Source of the DNA: a virus
Taxonomy: Duplodnaviria; Heunggongvirae; Uroviricota; Caudoviricetes
IMG/VR virus record: IMGVR_UViG_3300017978_000250
Span: 64,001 to 85,668 of that record
DNA: 21,668 bases
Reading direction: 5' to 3' (one strand)
Below the pieces are notes generated by a model, which ran no database searches, was not told where the DNA came from, and saw only the letters and a program-made list of their open reading frames with translations. Below, piece by piece: positions 1 to 6,117 of the stretch (positions are counted from its first letter, which is position 1; the number at the start of each line of letters is the position of its first letter). A program made the translations under genes and the position numbers.

Positions 1-822
1 CTTTTGCAGTCTAGCAACCATTTGATTATATGACTCATGCCCGTTTACTGGTACAAGGTAATCGGGCTGTTCTTTTTCTGCGGGGAACGCCATAATGTTA
101 GTAACACCAGATTGCCCGAATGGGTTCTCAGTATTCTTCTTATGATTCTCTTTCAACGGAAATGTACGTACACCCACCCAATACTGCTTATAACCCTTTG
201 TTTCTAAATGGTCGTAAGCAGTAAGCCAATCAGTCTCACCGATTGCTTCATAGAAGATGATAGGACGATGCTGGTCGATAGTTTTATCTGCCCCTTGCAA
301 TACTTTAAGTTCTTGACCTTCAGTATCAATCTTCATTAGAGTGCATACGTTTAACTCTAACTGGTCGATAGTCATAACTTGTACTTCAACAGAGCCGTTG
401 TCGTCAATTGCAACAGTTCCAAAGTTAGATTGATTAGTAGGGTCAAAGTCTGATATGTTAAGTGTGCCGGGTTGGTCGCTGACAGCAGCATTGTATAGTT
501 TGACCGGGGCATTTTGACAATTAAATGCAGCTACAGCAAAGTGCTTGATGTGAGGTTCAAACGCAAGTACCATACTCTTAGTACGTTGTGCGACTGCGAG
601 GGCATGATATCCTATGTTAGTTCCGATATCAAGGTACAAGCTATCTTCATTGAGATACTTACACATAATTTCTACTTCTGCATCACAATACTCACCGTAA
701 AGGAATATACTATAGCTGATAGTATTATCGTTCTTGTAGATGAGCATTTCACCGTTCTTAGAATCGGTGAGTACACAGTGTTCTTTAATTAATTCAAGTT
801 GTTCTTCTAATTGATTGGACAT
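1..822 (-). CDS. FkbM-family SAM-dependent methyltransferase (Methyltransf_21-like), 3' end runs off the window
   Basis: Manual translation from ATG at 822 stays open to position 1 (274 codons): MSNQLEEQLELIKEH...LYLDIGTNIGYHALAV...VLAFEPH...LYNAAVSD...LMKIDTEGQELKVLQGA...RPIIFYE. These are the DIGxNxG, AFEP, AAVSD and KIDxEGxE motifs of FkbM. It is absent from the ORF track because there is no stop codon in the window. Confidence 0.9.
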   Translation of the reverse strand, partial: MSNQLEEQLELIKEHCVLTDSKNGEMLIYKNDNTISYSIFLYGEYCDAEVEIMCKYLNEDSLYLDIGTNIGYHALAVAQRTKSMVLAFEPHIKHFAVAAFNCQNAPVKLYNAAVSDQPGTLNISDFDPTNQSNFGTVAIDDNGSVEVQVMTIDQLELNVCTLMKIDTEGQELKVLQGADKTIDQHRPIIFYEAIGETDWLTAYDHLETKGYKQYWVGVRTFPLKENHKKNTENPFGQSGVTNIMAFPAEKEQPDYLVPVNGHESYNQMVARLQK

Positions 823-835
823 TTAGTATGTATCT

Positions 836-1408
836 TCAAAGTCGATTGTCAGTATTTTCTTTGACTATCCAACCCAAATCGAATAAGTCTTTTCTAACTT
901 CATCGGTGACACGGCTCTCAGCCATAAAGTTATTCTTCATCCAAATATAACGTTCTTGTTCTTCTTTAGTGGCATTACAGAATTCTTCATCTGACCACTC
1001 GTTAGTAATACCCGAACAGTACCAGTCAATATAGTCACCCCTCTCAATCATGTTAGCAACAATGCCACCAGCGCTACGCCAAGAACAACTCCAAGTTTTA
1101 TCTTGTAAGATGTTCCAGGTTTCGTTCTTAATGAATTCATTGTTGCACATAGCTGCATACAAGTTCTGGGCGTATTCTTCCCTAGTCTTAACTTTCTCAA
1201 CTAAGACTGTACTTGTACGCAAATCGTACTCTAAGTTGTCTGTTTGCCATTCAACTGTTTGTTCCAGGTCTTCTCTTTTTCTAATCCAGTCTAACTGTAA
1301 GTCGACCATTTCTTTTGCGCCCGAGTCATCAGGATTCACTTTGAGTCTCTCCCGATACCCGTTGATGCTGAACGTACCTCTGTCCGGACTTTTTGCTATG
1401 TTTACCAT
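836..1408 (-). CDS. Hypothetical phage protein (190 aa; alternative start at 1309)
   Basis: Intact ORF in the same orientation as its neighbours, with a Trp/Cys-rich core (YAQNLYAAMCNN, WSCSWRSAGGIVA, GDYIDWYCSG). No family recognised. Confidence 0.8.
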   Translation of the reverse strand: MVNIAKSPDRGTFSINGYRERLKVNPDDSGAKEMVDLQLDWIRKREDLEQTVEWQTDNLEYDLRTSTVLVEKVKTREEYAQNLYAAMCNNEFIKNETWNILQDKTWSCSWRSAGGIVANMIERGDYIDWYCSGITNEWSDEEFCNATKEEQERYIWMKNNFMAESRVTDEVRKDLFDLGWIVKENTDNRL

Positions 1409-1955
1409 GTTTCTTTTTATAGAAGATATGATTCCCGATTTGAGTTACGACCTCATGCGGGAAGTTGTTTTTATAACTTGTATTATGAAAGAACAATACT
1501 GTTTTAGGTATTACTTCTTTGTACTTGTCATATATTAACACATCCTTAGCTACCTGTAAAGAACTTTGGTAACGTGCTGAGTTACGATTTGGGTTAGCCT
1601 TGCCCTCACATACCCATGAGAATTGACATACTCTTACCCAGAATGTTTCTTCTTCATCTGTAGTTTGCTTTACGTGTGTAGTTTGATATACTACTTTACA
1701 TGGTGTCGGGGCAAAGCCGTGATTGATGCGGTTAAGAACTACACGTGCGACGGCTGCTTTGCCTTCGATGGGTTCTCCACCTGCTTCATAGTAGATATTG
1801 TCAGCCATACATTGTATTTGCTTTTTATCTACTTCCTTGGCAACTACTTTAGGTTGCTCGATTTCTTGCTGCTGCGGTTTAGATTGTACTGAGCACAATC
1901 CTAAAACAATTATAGGCAACAACAGAAACATCTTAATGATGTTTATGTAGGTCAT
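1329..1955 (-). CDS. SleB-like cell-wall hydrolase (Hydrolase_2, lytic transglycosylase type) with N-terminal hydrophobic segment
   Basis: Motifs CMADNIYYEAGGEPIEGKAAVARVVLNR (catalytic Glu), CKVVYQ, CQFSWVC, LFFH and QIGNHIFY. N-terminal MFLLLPIIVLGLCSV is hydrophobic. Strong SD AAAGGAG upstream. Confidence 0.9.
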   Translation of the reverse strand: MTYINIIKMFLLLPIIVLGLCSVQSKPQQQEIEQPKVVAKEVDKKQIQCMADNIYYEAGGEPIEGKAAVARVVLNRINHGFAPTPCKVVYQTTHVKQTTDEEETFWVRVCQFSWVCEGKANPNRNSARYQSSLQVAKDVLIYDKYKEVIPKTVLFFHNTSYKNNFPHEVVTQIGNHIFYKKKHGKHSKKSGQRYVQHQRVSGETQSES

Positions 1956-1961
1956 AATTGA

Positions 1962-1968
1962 CTCCTTT
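1962..1968 (-). promoter_or_regulatory. Shine-Dalgarno site (AAAGGAG) for the SleB-like gene
   Basis: Minus strand reads AAAGGAG-TCAATT-ATG. Confidence 0.8.
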
Positions 1969-1975
1969 CGATTGT

Positions 1976-1993
1976 AATGATTAGATAATCATT
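1976..1993. repeat. Perfect inverted repeat AATGATT-N4-AATCATT in the intergenic gap
   Basis: 7-bp arms with a 4-nt spacer, read directly between the stop at 1994 and the SD at 1962-1968. Confidence 0.6.
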
Positions 1994-4003
1994 TTACTTG
2001 TCCCAGCAATCGCAGTTACAAATCGTTACCGATTCTACTGCTTCACTAGGGTTCAAGACCGCCTTAGTATTAGAAGGTGTGTTAAAAATACTGAGATTTG
2101 GCGGTATAAGAGTTGTTTCAGGACTTCCCGCTAAACTGCCTGGAACAACTGCTGCACCTGTTACTATCGGGACCCCTAAGCTGGTCATCGATCCTGTGAC
2201 TGGTGCGGTAACAAGAGTATTCGGCGAGATTTCGTTATCTTGCACGGCTCCGGTTAAACTTAATTTCATTGCGTTTCTTGCTTCACGCATTGATGCATTT
2301 AAACTTTTTCCTCCTATAGTATCGGTGTTTGCAATGCTTTCAAGAACCCTTGCAGGTCCTTTTAATTCTGTTTGGGCGCTTAGGGACCCAATGTTTGATA
2401 TGAATGATGTTGTAGTTGTTGGATTAGTTAATAACGTAGATAAATCATCAGTTAATGCTAAATCACGTGCAGTTTGTTCTTTTTGTAAATATGTACCAAA
2501 TGTATTGTATAAGTTGTTTAGTTGTGTGGCTAGGTTATTGTTGTTTAAAATTGTACCGATTTCAGTGTTTGCTTGATTAATGTAAGTTTGCAATGTTGTA
2601 TAGCTATCGTTGCTAGGTGCATTCAATAATGTTAACATGTTTGTGTAAGCTAGACTTAGTGTAGCTGTTTGCGTTTTTGTTATGAGGTTTTGTAGGGTAG
2701 ACCAATCATAGTGCAAATCAGTGATGGCACCAAAGAAATCACACATGCTATATGTGCCGTCAGTGTTTGAGCCTTTTGCTAAAATCGGTAACGCATTAGT
2801 AACGAGTGAGGCATCTGTAGGCTGAGATGTCCCGTTGACTTGTAAATCTGTCACACTTTCTAAGTTAGCTACAACTTGGCTAAACTTTTCAATGTTCATA
2901 GATTTGATGTTTTTAATCTGCATCATTGCCATGCTGAGAGCGTCACATGCATAGCTGATATTGTTAGGTAGGATGTTAGTTAGTCTAAACCCAATAGAAC
3001 CTGATTTGATATCTACTTCACCGTCTTTATATGTAAGATGATAGGTCTTGCTATTCGTTGGCTGTGGACTAATGTTGTATTCAGGGTATGTTAGTGTTTG
3101 GTAACTGTTAGGGAATAGCTTCTTAGGGTCAAGTAAATCAGCAAGTGAATTTAACCCTTGTGTTTGTACATTCAATGGGATAAGAATATCTTGTAGGTCA
3201 TCACCCATAACCATGTTGAAACATCCATACATTAATCGTTGTTGCTCTAACGTAGGTTCCTTACCATTAAAGATTGCTTCTAGTTCTGTACTAGTCATAC
3301 CCGCAGCCAACAAAGCAATGTTCAAACCAGTTGAGGTTGCTCTATTATCATTGATAGTTCTCAACAACTGTACAGGTTCACCGAACTTATCTATGTTAGC
3401 TAAGTTGATTGCTTTACCGATTGCAATCAAATCTTGACCCCAGTATAATGTTGAAAGACTGACTCCTGTGATATCACTAGTTATCAAGTCATTCATGTTA
3501 CTATACGAGCCGTCTAAGTAACCCTTAGATTGATTCATTGCTGATATAAATTCATTCTGCGATTGTGCAAAAGAATTGCAGGACAAAAACGTACTCAAGA
3601 AATCTGAGTACTTACCCGAGTTAAGATAAAATTCTTTATGTGCTTGATATGGGATCAAACGTAAGAACCCATAACTAGCAAGTTCACCTGAGTATGTTCT
3701 AGTATATGTAGATGGTTTACTATTGCCCAATGCAGGGATAGACTGACTACCTAAACTGAGTAGACTGTCATACAACGTGCTACTCATTTGATTAGCTTGC
3801 ACCTTTGTGTATGCTAAACGAATCACAGACGCAAGAGTACCCAAGCATGTATTATTATACAAGCTACCAGGAGTATAGTTACTAAGACTTGTACTTGAGC
3901 CCATGAAGCCAGCAGACGTAGGATTGATTCGTAGACCTGTATCTACTAAGAATGATCCTAATACGTTTACTGTTAGTGGTGTGGGTTTTCCGTTATAACT
4001 CAT
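1994..4003 (-). CDS. Large hypothetical protein (669 aa), possibly virion, baseplate or ejected; C-terminal CNCDCW motif
   Basis: Long intact ORF, ATGA-coupled to the PAAR gene, rich in Ser/Thr/Asn/Leu. The structural role is inferred from context only. Confidence 0.75.
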   Translation of the reverse strand: MSYNGKPTPLTVNVLGSFLVDTGLRINPTSAGFMGSSTSLSNYTPGSLYNNTCLGTLASVIRLAYTKVQANQMSSTLYDSLLSLGSQSIPALGNSKPSTYTRTYSGELASYGFLRLIPYQAHKEFYLNSGKYSDFLSTFLSCNSFAQSQNEFISAMNQSKGYLDGSYSNMNDLITSDITGVSLSTLYWGQDLIAIGKAINLANIDKFGEPVQLLRTINDNRATSTGLNIALLAAGMTSTELEAIFNGKEPTLEQQRLMYGCFNMVMGDDLQDILIPLNVQTQGLNSLADLLDPKKLFPNSYQTLTYPEYNISPQPTNSKTYHLTYKDGEVDIKSGSIGFRLTNILPNNISYACDALSMAMMQIKNIKSMNIEKFSQVVANLESVTDLQVNGTSQPTDASLVTNALPILAKGSNTDGTYSMCDFFGAITDLHYDWSTLQNLITKTQTATLSLAYTNMLTLLNAPSNDSYTTLQTYINQANTEIGTILNNNNLATQLNNLYNTFGTYLQKEQTARDLALTDDLSTLLTNPTTTTSFISNIGSLSAQTELKGPARVLESIANTDTIGGKSLNASMREARNAMKLSLTGAVQDNEISPNTLVTAPVTGSMTSLGVPIVTGAAVVPGSLAGSPETTLIPPNLSIFNTPSNTKAVLNPSEAVESVTICNCDCWDK

Positions 4004-4281
4004 GGGACATTTACGTTAGGTGACCCCTGTGCGATACTGTGACCGCAACTGTTTCCCGACCCTACTCTAAGAACAGGAACACCTTCACAAAATACTGTAG
4101 GTGAGCCTGATGTAGTCATAGCGGCATGGTGGGGAGGGTGGGGTCTACCCCACGGGGCATGAGGAGTAATTTGACTAACGTGTAAGCCGACAGGGATGCC
4201 ATTGGCAAATACAGTTCCGGCTCCGCGCATGATTGCGCCGCCTGCTTGATTTGTATCACCCTTACGACTTAACTGTGCCAT
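4000..4281 (-). CDS. PAAR-repeat spike-tip protein (T4 gp5.4-like)
   Basis: 93 aa with SRKGD at the N-terminus, GAGTVFANGIPV and GSPTVFCEGVPVLRVG repeats, His-rich PHPPHH, CGH and terminal GSPNV. This is the classic PAAR layout. Confidence 0.92.
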   Translation of the reverse strand: MAQLSRKGDTNQAGGAIMRGAGTVFANGIPVGLHVSQITPHAPWGRPHPPHHAAMTTSGSPTVFCEGVPVLRVGSGNSCGHSIAQGSPNVNVP

Positions 4282-4282
4282 A

Positions 4283-4582
4283 TTATCCTACTAAGATTTT
4301 CTTGTCAGGTACTTGAATACCAGTCGTCATTTCGATATATTTCATTTTAACTGAATCGTCAGTTAAAGCGTATAAGGAAACGCTATTAGTATTTAGTGTC
4401 ACAGGAGTGTCTGGATCTACAGTAAAAAGACTAGGTATCAATTGCATACCCTTCTGTGAGGGTGCGATGGACACTGGATTCTCGATAGTCAAGTACTGAC
4501 CGTCTTGTTCTACGAACTTTCCGACCATTTCTTCACCTGAGTTCAATTTGAACGTATATGTTTGTCCTACTTCTAATGTCAT
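4283..4582 (-). CDS. Small protein with probable Sm/LSm (Hfq-like) fold
   Basis: TFKLNSGEEMVGKFVEQDGQYLTIENP fits the Sm1 pattern L-x-x-G-x4-G-x-(L/F)-x3-D. ATGA-coupled to glutaredoxin. Confidence 0.6.
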   Translation of the reverse strand: MTLEVGQTYTFKLNSGEEMVGKFVEQDGQYLTIENPVSIAPSQKGMQLIPSLFTVDPDTPVTLNTNSVSLYALTDDSVKMKYIEMTTGIQVPDKKILVG

Positions 4583-4818
4583 TCGATACTTTCTTGTGCT
4601 GTTAGATATTCTTGTAGTTCTTTAAAACCACCGATTAGTGTGTCATCTAAAAAGATTTGAGGTACTGAACGTGCAGTTGGAACTGCATTCAATAAATCTT
4701 CTTTAGTGTAGCCACTGCCGATTTTCTTTTCTTCAAATTCAATACCTTTGGTAGTCAATAATTGCTTTGACATATCACAATACGGGCATTGTTCTTTACT
4801 CCATACGATTGCTTTCAT
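4579..4818 (-). CDS. Glutaredoxin (dithiol, CPYC)
   Basis: WSKEQCPYC active site, ARSVPQIF cis-Pro motif and IGGF. Lies directly downstream of nrdB, with SD TAAGGAG at 4826-4832. Confidence 0.95.
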   Translation of the reverse strand: MKAIVWSKEQCPYCDMSKQLLTTKGIEFEEKKIGSGYTKEDLLNAVPTARSVPQIFLDDTLIGGFKELQEYLTAQESIE

Positions 4819-4829
4819 TTCTTTTCTCC

Positions 4830-5930
4830 TTAAAGTTGTGGTAGTTCTTCATAGTCAACGGAGTCAGACATGACACCGATAACATAGTTTGTTGATTCGT
4901 TTTCTTGTAACGCTGTTTGTTTCTTGTTGATGTTCACGTGCTTGTTGAACCATGGAATCGGGCTCGATTTAGGATGGGGTTCGTTGTACTTGATTCCAAT
5001 GTCTTTAAGTTTGTTGAAAGCAGTGTAGTCAACGAAATCTTTGAGGATCTCACTGTTGAGTCCAATAACGACGCCTTTCTTAAAGAGATACTCAGCCCAG
5101 GCTTTTTCTTCATTAATAACGTCCATGTACAAACTATATACTTCGTGGTGCGTAGAAGCCTGTATTTGTACAAAGTCTGGATCGTCTTTGATGACATTGT
5201 TAATAAGCCATGCCGTCCATTCTGTATGTAATAACTCATCTTGTAAAATCAACGAGATAATGTTTCCGTTGCCTATGTAAATCTTATTCTCAACCATTGC
5301 AAGTGATGTTGCAAACGAGACCATAAAGCGGAGCGCTTCAAGTGCGTAACTGGCGTGTAGAGCCATCCAAATCGCCTTTTTGTGTTCCATAAGGTCCACG
5401 TCCTGCCCGACTTCCTTTTTACAGTTAATTTGATGCAGGTCTTCGTAGTAGCGTCCAACGTTAGCTGCCATGCCGACAATTTCTTGGGTGTCGTGAATTT
5501 TGTTGAATTCATCTTTAGGTACCCCGTAGACATTCCGAATAATGTGGCTATAGGACTTGGAATGAATGCTAGTTTCAAAGAAACCCCAAGTAAGCGTAAG
5601 TGCCTCAAGTTCCGGAATCGAACAAACGGGGCCAAAGACTTGACTTGGTGCACGACCTTGTATAGAGTCCAAAGCAGTCTGGCGAAGCAGATTGCTAGTA
5701 AAGATATGCTTAATAGCATCACTTGATTCCTTATGGTCAATCTTATCTTTAGTTAAAGAGATTTCTTCTGGAACCCAGAAGAAGCCACGTGCCATTTCTT
5801 CAAACTTCTGTAGCTTGGGATATTTGACTTCTTCAAATCGTTGTACTGTTACAGGACCCTCTGGGTCTAGAAACATTCTACGAGAAAGGTAGTCGGTAGG
5901 TTTGCTTAGGTTATATTGTTCTTTACTCAT
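4830..5930 (-). CDS. nrdB: Ribonucleotide reductase class Ia beta subunit
   Basis: FFWVPEE (W48-like), QTALDS (D84-like), ETSIHSKSY (E/H ligands plus radical Tyr), ALEALRF, DELLH, and C-terminal QENESTNY (Y356-like). Confidence 0.97.
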   Translation of the reverse strand: MSKEQYNLSKPTDYLSRRMFLDPEGPVTVQRFEEVKYPKLQKFEEMARGFFWVPEEISLTKDKIDHKESSDAIKHIFTSNLLRQTALDSIQGRAPSQVFGPVCSIPELEALTLTWGFFETSIHSKSYSHIIRNVYGVPKDEFNKIHDTQEIVGMAANVGRYYEDLHQINCKKEVGQDVDLMEHKKAIWMALHASYALEALRFMVSFATSLAMVENKIYIGNGNIISLILQDELLHTEWTAWLINNVIKDDPDFVQIQASTHHEVYSLYMDVINEEKAWAEYLFKKGVVIGLNSEILKDFVDYTAFNKLKDIGIKYNEPHPKSSPIPWFNKHVNINKKQTALQENESTNYVIGVMSDSVDYEELPQL

Positions 5931-6117
5931 TTATTGTCTTTAAAATTATTTTTCCGTCATCAGTAGTCATGTCAACTACTTTATGGATCGTGCCGTCAAC
6001 TTCTACATAGACTGGCACTGCCCCCAACTTCTCACACGCTCCGCTAACTTGCATAGCGTACTTACGCCATGCATCCATTAACATAAAACTAATATTGTAT
6101 GCGTCTAACATAATCAT
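5923..6117 (-). CDS. Hypothetical protein (64 aa) between nrdA and nrdB
   Basis: Exactly fills the nrdA-nrdB gap, with an ATGA overlap on the nrdA stop and an 8-nt overlap on the nrdB start. Confidence 0.6.
   Translation of the reverse strand: MIMLDAYNISFMLMDAWRKYAMQVSGACEKLGAVPVYVEVDGTIHKVVDMTTDDGKIILKTINE

Noticed and set aside
514-792. Plus-strand 92-aa ORF
   Set aside because: Antisense shadow of the FkbM methyltransferase, which has clear motifs on the minus strand.
1890-1905. Lipobox in the SleB-like N-terminus (LGLC)
   Set aside because: The residue before Cys is Leu rather than Gly, Ala or Ser, so it does not fit the canonical lipobox.
1976-1996. Fur box or rho-independent terminator at the palindrome
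   Set aside because: Only about 11 of 19 positions match the Fur consensus GATAATGATAATCATTATC; the stem is AU-rich with no U-tract.
4000-4281. PAAR as evidence of a bacterial T6SS or extracellular contractile injection system
   Set aside because: The context (phage-type nrdAB-grx, late-promoter boxes, fibre genes, no tss genes) favours a myophage tail.
4389-4397. ACTAAATA inside the Sm-like gene as a late promoter for PAAR
   Set aside because: Intragenic, about 108 nt from the ATG, and TAAATA is common in AT-rich DNA; not supportable without TSS data.
4934-5740. Alternative-frame minus-strand ORFs inside nrdB (4934-5239, 5273-5740)
   Set aside because: Fully nested in an intact nrdB and not motif-bearing; no sign of a frameshift or a homing endonuclease.
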